From Blasia pusilla (lineage: Eukaryota): DNA of 64,000 bases. Under the pieces are notes generated by a model. That model searched no databases, was not told where the DNA came from, and was given only the letters and a program-made list of their open reading frames with translations. Shown here piece after piece: positions 11,490 through 23,200 of this stretch. A program made the position numbers and the translations under genes. Location: positions 29,140,001 through 29,204,000 of the forward strand of contig CM114271.1 of assembly GCA_050084515.1 (NCBI GenBank), given 5' to 3'. Within the stretch, counting starts at the first letter, position 1; each line of letters begins with the position of its first letter.

Positions 11490-12691
11490 CTATCGGGCAA
11501 CTCCAGCTCCTCGTCCCCCAACAAGACCACCTGGTGCACGATCTCTAGGCCCACCCGGACCGGCTGCTCGCTCTGGTGCCCTCTTTGGCCCTTGGTCCGG
11601 ACGTAGCTCAGGATGTAAAATCAAACACCTAGCACGTGTATGACCATACCTCTGACAATAGTCATAGTGATAACCTACTGGTGCAGCACCATCTCCTCCT
11701 CCATGCTGAGCCACACGTCCATTACCTTGACGAATGCAATTGCGCTGATGATGGGCTCCACCATATGACCAACAAGTAATAGTAGGCGATTGCTGTTGAA
11801 CCGCATATGAAGGTGTAGGTCTCTGTGGCACAGCCTCTCGATATCCTCCTTGAGCTCGTGGGACCACAGTCGACCTATCTTGGAGTTCATGTTGCTGCAT
11901 AGGTACTGTAGGCAATCGTGAATGCTCTCGCCCAGAACCCATGGTGGCTACGCTCTCCTCCGCCATGTTGCGCTCAATGTTCTCTACAATCCTAAAAACA
12001 TCTCTCAACGTAAGGGAGGTATTCATAAGAAGCATCCCCTCCCGCACCGATGTCCCAAGGTCCGGTCCAGCATCGCGTACCATGACTGGATAGCCTGAGC
12101 CTCTGTCACCCCCTGAGTGACGTTGATCAATCGGCGCAAGCGAGTGTAAGCCTCACACAAACTATCACCCGGGCGCCTCTGGAAGTCGTGGATGCTCCGC
12201 AACTTCTCCGTTCGTACCCCCTAGTAGCTCGCCCTCAACTCAACCACGGGGTTGAACCTCAGACAAACCCGACTAGACGATGCAATTGCTCCAGTGCGAG
12301 TGACCCCTCCTAAAACATCACTAGTGGAAGAGGAAGAAGCCTCTCCAAACTCCTCCTCATCTGGGAATGGCTCGGTCCATGACACATAGTGTGGGTCATA
12401 GTAGAGCCTCCACGCCTCGATCTCACGTGCATATCTCTGAGAGAACTTATGGTAATCGTCCATGGGCGCCCCCTCTAAATGCTGGAACATACCGTTCCAT
12501 GCTGTAAACGGGTTGAACTCTCTAGAGTTCTTGGCCCGTTGGGAGTCGCACCACCTCCTAAACTCTACTATGAAATCGTGCAACTCAATCGTGCCTACTT
12601 CACTTGAAAACCTACACGGTCCTCTACCCCGGTCGTCCATCTTGTACGCCCAACTGGTAGGACCACTCATAATGTGTGGCGATGTGCTCAC
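11490..12691 (-). pseudogene. Gag (capsid and two degenerate CCHC zinc knuckles)
   Basis: FQRRPGDSLCEAYTRL (major-homology-like; ~12185-12138, stop-flanked frame); knuckles TCWSYGGAHHQRNC and YDYCQRYGHTRARC, each with one C>Y change. Confidence 0.85.
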
Positions 12692-13810
12692 AAACTCCTC
12701 TACATGCTCCCCCTCGTCTGAAGGAGATCGAGGTGGTCTCTCACGTGGAGACCCTCGAAACCTCGCACCACTCCGAGTAAACCCTCCAGAACTACTCTTA
12801 AGTCCACTACCTAACCTCTCAAAATCCTGAAAGGATGCCGTGATGGCCCTCGTGCCCTCTCACACGATCACTCTCAACCTTGTGAGTAATCCCTCAATCA
12901 CTCATCCCAAACATTCGGCACTCAATCTACACTCTCCCTCCCCGAGACGTGTAACATGCGGCAATAAGCGGCGTTGTGCGGCAAATCAACCAGACTATCA
13001 TCTCATCGACAACCTACCCTCAACTCCGGACATCCCACACAGGTCTATGTCCCCTAAACCACATACATAAATGATGCTCTCAGCATCCACACAACCCAAT
13101 ATCCCCAAATAAACTACCAAAATCCCAGAATCCCTCATACGTGCTGGATAAAGGACCAGAATGGGTAACCTGAACACATGTCGATCTCGCTCCCCAGCAA
13201 CTGCAAATCTCAACCCCAACTCGGTCGTGGAGACAACTCCTCCAATCAGCAAGTCATACTCCTCCCGTACTAACGCTGCTCAAAACTCCTCGATAGACAG
13301 TGCGGTTCCAACCAATCGGTGCGGCGTTGCAGGCGGCACGGAACGGCTACGAACGGCACAGCCCTCGATGGTGAAATGCGGCACTCGGCGGCATACCCTC
13401 CTCAATCAACAATAAACCCACACTCTGCTCCGCAATGACGGTGGGACTCCGCGATCGAGACGATGCGGTGCGGCCAAAATCGGCACGGCGCGGCAATCAA
13501 CGGCGCGTTGCGGCTACGGGCGTCACGGCACGGTACTCGATCGTCATCGAGCGGCTACCAATCACAACATAGCAATATGAAATCAAAACTCAAACACCAT
13601 AACCGGAGGTCATCTTCCATCATTGGTTGACAACGAAACTTCGATGACGGTGGCGGCCAAAACAAAGTAAGTGGTGGCGACGCAAATCAGAGAATCAACG
13701 AACGTCGTGGAAGACCCTACACTCCGTAATGGCGGCAATGGCAACCAAAGGGTGGACAATGGCCAAATGCGGCTCTAAGCAACAGCAACGGCCGACGATG
13801 GCCGGTGGCC

Positions 13811-13895
13811 GGTGGACCGTTGACGGTGATGGTTGACCGTTGATGGTGACGATGGACCGTTGATAGTGATGGTTGACCATTGACGGTGACGGTGA
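13811..13895. repeat. ~20-bp tandem repeat (GACCGTTGAYRGTGAYGRTK, ~4 copies) in the retrotransposon 5' leader
   Basis: ggaccgttgacggtgatggt / tgaccgttgatggtgacgat / ggaccgttgatagtgatggt / tgaccattgacggtgacggt read directly. Confidence 0.85.
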
Positions 13896-15810
13896 CTATG
13901 ACGGCGACGGCCGCCGCCGGCATGGCGGCTAGTTTAGGGTTTGAACAATTTAACCCTAAAAATTGCCTAGCAATGGAAATTTTTCAAGATTGACCATAAC
14001 TTCTTACTCGCAATCCAAATTGTGCATTGTTTAATGCACAACATGCACAACTTGATGATCTACGATGGCATCAAAAAATATTTGGAATTTAACATTCTAG
14101 TAAAAACTTATAGGGATTGTTGTAAAGCCCAATGTCTCTTTCTCCTACACAAAATTTGGCAACGCTTCCGCGCTGATTTCTCCCAACCAAAATGTAAAAC
14201 CTATAAAAATACAAATCAGCAAGCTATATGGTACTCCCGAGAGCACCAGCATGGGGAAACCCTCCCCCATAATCAATCCCTATCAGAAATTAGGCAGCGC
14301 TTCCGCGTGCCATTCTTCCACAAAAAAAATTGGCAAATGCAAAGAACAATCAAAGCAGCCCTTGCTCCGGTGAGCACTCCCATGAGCCGCTTGGACTCAT
14401 TCATCTCCTCCATTCTCCACTTGGACTCATCCCAGCGATCGAAACCAACGTAGCATAAAACTCATTGTGCAAAGCAAAGAGGGGAAAATTAACATTTCCT
14501 AGAGTTTAAAATATTTAATTACAGTGGTGAATTTATATTATTATTGGAATATATTATTGGAGAGTGTCTCATTTTGAGATCTTCTCCTTTTTTACTAGTG
14601 TCTTTTTTTTATCCGATAGTATTGTTCATTGTCTAAGCCGATGAGATGACTCGAATGGGAATTTAAAGTTATTAAAAAAAATGAATGGAAAGGAAGAAGT
14701 TATTTGTGGGATGGAAGATTTGTAAACAAAGAAGAAAAGAGGTTTTACTTATGAACTTCGCGGATATGCATGCTATACCAAATGTGCACACCCGCGCATA
14801 TTTGTCGATATTGATACACCTAAAAATCTATACTATAATGCGAGGAGGGGGGGGTTACCTCTTATGGTTTTTTTTTTTTCCCAAAGAAGTGAAGCCTTCC
14901 ATAAGCAATCATCTTGAAATGGCCGCTTTGAAGAAAAAGTTAAAACAAATAAAAAAAATCGAATCGATGGGAAAGTTTGGAGGGCTTCCATTTGAACGGC
15001 TTATATTTGAATGAGCCATGATTTTTTTTCTTTACTTGGGACACTTGTCAGTTCGGAAGTAAAAGAGGAAACTTTTTGATGTAACCAACCAAATTAAGAC
15101 ACCTATGAACTTCCTAGCTCTAGCTCATTGCACATAAATCATCCGCGTCTCTTAGTTGGAGTAGACTCAACGTAGGTGTCAAGGAACTGAAGAAGGAGCT
15201 GGCGAAGAAGGTGGCGGCAAAGTGGAGGCAGCATCAAGGTGTTATCAAAAATTTGGAGAAAGCTTATCGACCGAAGAGGGTAAATCTCTGTTTCCAAGTA
15301 GGAATTGGTTTGGATTGTTTTACTTCCGCGTGGGTTCCTCCATGTGAAAGAGGAGAAGCGCTCTCTCGCTCACAAAATCTTCGAACAAGCTGGCTGCAAC
15401 CAAATTCCAAGAATTCGTGACTTTTTAGTGTAGGAATTACATTGGTTCAGATCAGACTTCGTAAGTTTGCGATTTCCCATTCTGATTTGCTTCAGAGGAG
15501 TGAAGAACTAGCCGCACTACATCTTTGTGTCAACGAATCACAGGGCGTCCCTGATTCACTTTATTCGCGCTGGCGTATCACAATCACGGGGAGTCTATGA
15601 TCGACTTTGTGTAGGCAGGCCTCGATGTATATCACGTAACCTCGATTCCTTAAGTTCCACACGATGAGAAACTCATCATGTGGAACTAAAGGACTTGCTT
15701 CCTACTTCCGTCCTCTTACCGCTCAAAATTTTTTGAATACGGGACTGTTATCTGCAGAGGTGGGGAACCAGTTCGACCAAGAATTCTATGAAAAGTCTCG
15801 AAAGGCCAGT

Positions 15811-15915
15811 TCGACCAAGAATTCTTTGAATTTCATCCACATTGTTCCAGTTAGACTCTATCGACCAAGAATTCTTTGAATTTCATTCATATTTTTCCAG
15901 TTAGACTCTATCGAC
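15811..15915. repeat. 50-bp tandem repeat (2 copies, plus a partial copy at 15773)
   Basis: tcgaccaagaattctttgaatttcat....att.ttccagttagactcta starts at 15811 and 15861. Confidence 0.9.
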
Positions 15916-17485
15916 AACAAACGAGTTGCCCGTGAAGAAATGTCCCTCACAGCGACCAATGACAAATTAGCTGTTTCGCTCTCACTCACTCAAGAGCCTG
16001 AAGGGAATTCCCTTGCCCTCCGACTCTCCCTCGCTTGCCCTCTGACTCTCCCTCCTTTGGATGGCATCTATTTCTCTCCCATCTTCTCTCCTTTTTGATG
16101 GCGTCTTTCTCTATCCTATCTCTCTCTTCGTCTTCGGACGGCATTTTTCTTTTTCTGCACAGGCTCCTCCGCCAGCTTTGATCTTCTCTTGTGGCTAGCT
16201 GCAGCGGACGTCTGACCCATGTATCTCTACCACATGCCCATGTTCTTGGTGACTACATGTAGGGTCTTAATTTATCTTACGTTGCTTAGGCGTTTTCGTC
16301 CGTCCCCTGAGTGGATGCGTTGGAGCTCCTTAGGCATTTTCATCCGTCCTCTGAGTTGGAGCTCAGCTTCTCTCAGCTGTTGGATTCTTATTTGCTTCTC
16401 TCTATGCAAACGAAATAGAAGAACAGTACTGTTCCTTCGTCATTTTTGTCTGTTATGTGAGTTGGATCTCCGCTTCTCTCAACTGCTCGAACGAAATAGA
16501 GGCATTTTCGTCTGTCCTATGAGTGGGGATGCTGTGAGCTGGATCTCCGCTTCTCTCAGGTGCTCGAATGAAATAGAGGGATCCAACTCGCAGTTGAATG
16601 GATATATTCTCATAGACAGCATAGCACACAAGGTGGATGGGGCTTTCCGTCTTTCCTTCGCCAACACGAGACGAATCGTATTCCATCATTCATCCATCGA
16701 AACGGTTGCTTTGATGAAGGACAGATACCCATGTAGTGTATTTGGGCACGCTCTTTGAAGACCTGGAAATATTACAAAGCATGTCAAGATTGCAGAAAAC
16801 ATCACGTTTCCGAATTCCTCACTGATAGGAACAGGTCGACCAGAGAAATCTCATAATTTGAGGGACGAAAATCGGCCTCACTTAACCGGCACAAGATCAC
16901 CGCTCGTTTGTTCTACTTGAATTATATCAGTGATGGGATCATCTTCTTGACATGAAGTGATCCGCAGCCCTATGTGGTGGTAAGCAGAAAGCTTACCACG
17001 GCACATTGCATCCCGCGCTTAGGGGCTGCCCGTGCCTTCCTCAAAGCTCCGCTCTCTTCAATGATGCTGCTTCATCCCACTTCTCCTCCACCTCTTCCTC
17101 TCGCAACTTTTGTCATTTTGCTCCTGGCTGGTTACTCTCCCATCAGCTTCATAGCACAGCAGCTTCCTCGGAGAGCCGCTCCCACAAAGAGCAATGAGCC
17201 AAGTCAAGAGGAAAAGCTAATTGTGTTAGCAGCGGGTTTCGATCCCCGCCCACTTGATCCGAAGCCAACGACCCGGCCCTACTGATGTAGGCCTCCTAGA
17301 TGTTGGGAACAGGGGGCTTCCCGATTTTATTTATGAAAATATTTTTTTCCGTGCCCAGATCTTGTTCTCTTCCAAATATCATAGCCTTTTTTTAAGGTGA
17401 GCTTTATGAAATTATACAAATAGTTACGTTTTTCTTACTTGAAATATCTAATTTATATTGATAATTTAATCTGCTCAGTGTCGAA

Positions 17486-20240
17486 TTGAGCCTAACTTAT
17501 GCCATGTCAATTCTCTCATTGAGCTACAAGAGGCCGTTAATTGTGAAAGAAATTGTAATAATTACGAGTCCTGAATATGTGGTAGAGAGAGATGAGCATA
17601 GATTTTCATTATCTCACTCACAACAAAAACGAAATTTTTTTGATGTGGACTCTAAATTTTCTTCTGCTATTTCAAATGGTTTCAATGAGACTGAGGAGGT
17701 TAGAGAAGTCTCAATAGGCCAAGAAATTTTGATTACTCTCAATAGTAATAAGAGTTACTCTATAGATAGTTGCCCTCTTGAAGATCTTGACGATGGGGAA
17801 TATTCTTCTACTTCCCTCTATGATTCAGAGGGATGGTATGTTGGTGATGAGTTTGACCTGGAATATAGGCGTATGGATTATGCAGATTTAGACATTAGTG
17901 ATGATAGTCGAGATATTGGAGATAAGTAGCCAAAAGAGTACTATATATTGTTTATATTCAATTAATCATCAAAAAACCATCTTCGTTTTGTTTTCAGATA
18001 TGTCTGTTTGAGATTGTTGAGTTGAGCAAACGATCAAGTTTCATTTCTTTGGGAGTGGAGTGACTCAAAAAAGTAAGTCTTCTCTGCTTGTGTACTAATA
18101 TTCATTTGTGGAGATTTAGTATCCTTTTCTATTGAGTATTTATTTTATTATTTCAAAATATTTATTTTATTAAAATAATTGTATGGATAATGCAGGATAC
18201 TTTATAAATGAGTGTTGAAGATTTACGCTTTAGCGATGGTGAGTTCTACGTTCCTCTTGATGAACAAGAAAGGGATTATACACCTATAGATGTCGACATA
18301 GTAGAGGTAATACAAATATCAAGTCCGAAGTATGTTCCATCACCGATCATTGAAAATAGGAATAATGCTTCAAGTCCTGGCTATGTTCCATCGCCGATTT
18401 TTTAAAACAGGGATAAGGCTTCAAGTCCTAGCTATGTACCATTTCCGATTTTTGAAAATGGGATTAATGCTCCTAATGTTAGTATGAGCCCTTTGAGAAA
18501 TGATCAGAGTTGTAGTTATGATGAGAGTACATCTAGGATTTTAACCACGCTTGTGGTGAATCATCATTGTATTTCACAAGGAGTAGTTGGAGGTCAGGAG
18601 GGAGAAGAAGATATAAATTCCACACATGATTGCATCCCTTCCTCGGACCCTATAGCATCTAGCCATTCATTTGTGCGTGATTGTTGCGGGTCGGGGTCAT
18701 GGGAAATTAGTGATTGTCATACAATTTGCTCGGAGGACTCAAGTGAGACGAGTACGGCTGAGTCTCATTGCCCGTTAGAATGATTTTCCCATTTCAGATT
18801 TTTATAAAAACTTAAGTTATGTGTTGCTCTATTTTTTATATAGAATATAATATTCACGTACCAAGACTTGAGTTTAAGCTTTTTTGCAAATTTTTTTCTT
18901 TTTTTTCTAATATTTTTTGATATATTGTCAATACATATTTTTCTTGGATGGTTGATTTTGTCACAAGATGGATGAATCTCAAGAGGAACCATCGAGGCGG
19001 AATGAAAAAAGGCCATTCGCAGACATCACCAATGTAGTCTTTTTACCTAATGTGGAGCATGATCACCACATTTCATGTAGTCCACCATCTCCTATGCGGA
19101 TTTCGGAGGAAACAGAGAAGCTTGCATATAAAAAGGCTAGAAGGGTTGCATCTCAAAGAAACAGAAGGGCGCTTCAAGATATACGATTTGTAACTCATTC
19201 AACGACTTTGTCATCTCCACTGTAAGGATGCTTTGCATTATGATTATATAATGATATCGTAACCATATGTGCACACTCTAGATTTGTTGTGTGACTTTAA
19301 TATCTTTCATGTTTGTGCTATAGACTTCCAAATCCATCGAACCCGCAACGGTTACGTGATATACATCAAATTGTGAGAGCTCAAGGACAAAAGCAAAGAC
19401 ATGCCAAATTAGTTCAATTGAGATCTATTGAAGCTATTGTGAATGTTCCTTTGATGGAAGAATTACAACCACCCATTATCGATGACTCATCTGGCACAAA
19501 TAGTATAAGGTATTTATTTATGTATAACATTTCTACCTTTTCTTAAAAATATATTTAGAATTTTATTTCCTATTTTGACTTTTCTTATTCTTTGTCCAGG
19601 TTGGTAGCAACACCTACCAATGGCAATCTTCATGCTTCCATAGACACTACATCATCTCCCATGTATGTTTCTTCCACTTATTAATTTCTTATTTTTGATT
19701 GGTCTTTTTTGAAGTTGAATTTTTTAATAGAATTATTATGATTTGATTTTTATAAATATTTTTTTTCTCAGTCTTCCACTTCCGTCCAACCCTCGAGGAT
19801 TACATGCTATGCTTCAAGTTGCACGAGCACAAGGCCAGAGAAGGAGGAACAATCTTCTTCCTACAGAAGAAGTCGAGGCCATGACTACTAATGACTTTCA
19901 TGCTCAAGCTAATATGAGGTATGCTTAAATTTATAAGGTGGTCTTAAATTTTTATGAATGATTTCTAATAACAACATTTTTTGCAGGCCAATAATGGTAC
20001 ATCATGAAGTTGAAGCTATTCCAAACTCTAGGACTGTGGTCGTACCATCTCCAATGTATATTTCTAAATTGTATATTCAAATTATAATATAGATATGTTT
20101 GTATGTATATTTATTTTTATTATAATCATATGTATTAATTTCTTAACCTCTACTTGCAGTCTTCCAATTCCTACCAATCCTCTACGATTATGTCACATGC
20201 GTCAAGTAGCTTGAGCTGAGGGCCAAAGAAGAAGACGTGC
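17486..20240 (+). pseudogene. Probable upstream exons of the Helitron protein (acidic, SP-rich, repeat-built N-terminal extension)
   Basis: Same-strand coding-like blocks separated by AT-rich GT-AG introns; the last block runs straight into the RepHel frame at 20240. Contains stops. No known domain recognised. Confidence 0.55.
18320..18470 (+). repeat. 51-bp coding tandem repeat x3 (SSPxYVPSPIxENxxxA)
   Basis: caagtcc recurs at 18320, 18371 and 18422. Confidence 0.9.
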
Positions 20241-23200
20241 TCATTTAGATGAAGTACATGAGTTTACAAATGTTGGTGATCCGTTGATAAGGAGTGATGC
20301 CAATGGATCTAATCGTGAAGGCCACATGGAAGTGAATGAAGACAATGTATATGCCTCGATTCCAAATGTGGGATCTTTTTTGGATGAAATACATGAGATT
20401 GCACATGTTGGCGATCTGTTGATAAGGAGTGATGCCACTGGAGCCAATTGTGAAGGCCACCTGGAAGGAAATGAAGACAATGTACATGCCTCAATTCCAA
20501 ATGTGGGATCTAGAAGGGTTGTGAATTTGAAAAAGTTGCTTAATATTGCACGTATTCCTAACTTTGAAGAAAAGCACATTCGAATTCTTAGGTTGGGAGA
20601 TCATATTGATAGTATGACTGGCCGTTTTAGTGTTGGACTTATAAATGTTATTTGTCCGAGTTGCAATGCTCTACATTGGAAGTGTGAGAGAGTGAAGTAT
20701 ACTAGGTTTATAAGCTCGCCTTTTGGTATGTGTTGTGGGCATGGTAAGATTCAATTACCATATTTGACAGCTTCACCTTCTATACTAGCAAAATTACTTT
20801 CTGGTAGGAGTTCAAATAGTCTTCATTTTTTGCGCAATGCACGTGCCTATAATAGTGCTCTTCAATTGGCATCTATTGGGGCCCATGTGACAGAGCAACG
20901 AGGTGGTACAGGAAACTTCAGGATTCAAGGTGGTGTATATCATTCTATTGGACCTCTTCATGCTGAAAGTGGTGCTCCTCCACAATTGCGCAGATTTATG
21001 TTCATGATGATGAGCATCAGATGGAATATAGAAGAAGGATTATGAGTGGAGATTACCGGGATCAATTGAGGCTAGAGATCTTAAGGGGATTACAAGATAT
21101 GTTACATGCCCATAATCCATATGTGGCTCTATTTCGAAATGTGGCTATTGATCCATGTAATTATGACTTCCACATTGTTCTTAAGGGTAGTAAGCGAGGT
21201 CTCGATGCGAAACGATACACCTTGCCTGTTGCTTCAGAGATTGCAACTATCTTGCCGGGAGATGGGAGTGAGCCAGTAGAAGGACGTGATATTATTGTTC
21301 GCTTACATGGAGGAGGAATTTTTCGTCTATCACATCTGAATGAAGCCTATATCCCATTGCACTTTGTTTTGCCTTTTGTTTATGGTGAAGCAGGTTGGCA
21401 TCCAGGAATACCTTTGCAAGTGCAACATGATCATAGACATGATGCGCCGTTAAGAGGGGATGCTATCATGGAGGAGGATGAAGATGATATTGTACAAGGG
21501 GGAATACAAGGTGAAGTTACCACTCATGAGGCGAGTTCAAAGACCATTACAGCTTTACAATTTGCTTCATTTAGACTTCAAATACGAGCTAACGCTATGG
21601 ATAATAATCGGTTGTTGAGGTTTAGTTGTCTTACTCAAGAATATATGGTGGATATGTATGCGACTATTGAAATGCAGAGGCTAACTTGGATACGATTGCA
21701 TCAAAAAGAGTTGAGAGCTGATTTATACCAAGGTGTCAGAGATGCCATGACTCGGCATGATGTGAACGGTCAAGGCTTAGGGAGACGTATTATCTTACCT
21801 TCGTCTTTCATACGAGGACCCCGTCACATGCATCAATTGTACCATGATGCTATGACCATTGTGAGACATTTTGGGAAGCCTGACTACTTTTTGACTATGA
21901 CTTGCAACCCTAAATGGCCTAAGATTACTTCTGCTCTGCTTCATGGGCAATCAACGTGTGATCGTCGTGACCTGGTTGTACATGTTTTCCAACAAAAGAA
22001 GAAGGAGTTATTGAGACTTATATTGGATAAGCATATTTTGGGTCGAGTAGTAGGATGCATTCATGTAGTCGAGTTCCAAAAGAGAGGGCTACCACATGTG
22101 CATATCCTAATTATTCTTGCTTCTGAGGATAAGCCAAGGACAACCTCTAATTTTGACGATATTATATCTGCTGAGATCCCCAATCCTATCACTCATCCTA
22201 GGCTACATTCTATTGTAAGAAATTGTATGATTCATGGTTGGTGTGGAGTAATACATCCAACTGCACCTTGCAAGGATAAAACGACAAAAATATGTTCCAA
22301 AGGATACCCAATGCCCTTTGCATCAATGACAATGGAGAATGAGGATGGATATCCTATTTATAAGAGGTAATTCATTGCTTTTGTTGTTTATTTCATGATT
22401 TAATGCTCTTTTATTAGTGTGTTATGTATTTTCCTCAACTACTAACAAGCTCTATATGTGTTTATGCAGGCGTGATAATGGCAGATTGATTAATAAGTCA
22501 AATCATGACTTCGATAATCGTTGGGTGGTTCCATACAATCCAATGTTATGTACTTTATTTGATTGTCATATAAATTTGGAAATAACAAATAGCATCTTGG
22601 CTGTAAAGTACTTTTATAAGTATGTATACAAGGGATCTGATGCCATATCATATACCTTGGCAAATACTACATCATGCGAGGATACTATTGATGAGACATC
22701 ATTATATCTTGATGCAAGGTATTTCGATCCTTCTATCTTTCAAGATCTCCCTATTTTTTCTTATGATATTATGTGGGAGCCTAACAATATTTATATTGTG
22801 TGGTATGAAGGTATGTTTCTTCTTCAGAAGCATGTTGGCGAATCTTCAAGTTTAGTCTACATGTAGAGCAACCAAGTATTATGAGATTGATTGTTCATCT
22901 TCCAGACAGTCAAATGGTATATTTTCATGGGCAAGATTCATTGGGTAATATTCTGGAGCAAAGTAAGGAAACCACTCTCACTCAATGGTTTGCAACAAAT
23001 GTTTCTGATTCGATTGCGCGACAATATCTTTATTTGGAGTTCCCTTCTCATTACTCTTGGAATAAGAAGCAATTGCATCTACGTAAACGTGCAAGAAAAG
23101 GATGTGGACATCCTATTGGACGTTTGTATATGACAAACCCAAGTAAAATTTCTATTCTCTGTTAGAATACAATTATTAAGGCAAAAATTTATTTTAAGTT

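Larger units (their letters stand above)
4608..14450 (-). mobile_element. Decayed Ty3/Gypsy LTR retrotransposon (Gag-PR-C5 MTase-RT-RH-IN-PHD); 3' LTR present, 5' LTR not recognisable
   Basis: Collinear minus-strand ORF fragments with Gag zinc knuckles, protease LLDS, RT YIDD, RNase H TDW..E..TDH, integrase HHCC+DDE and a PHD finger. RT-RH-IN order indicates Gypsy. Many in-frame stops and a few frameshifts. Boundaries approximate, set by homology to the second copy at 38.8-42.9 kb. Confidence 0.95.

Noticed and set aside
6350-13415. Plus-strand ORFs antisense to the retrotransposon
   Set aside because: Shadow ORFs of the minus-strand polyprotein with no independent motifs.
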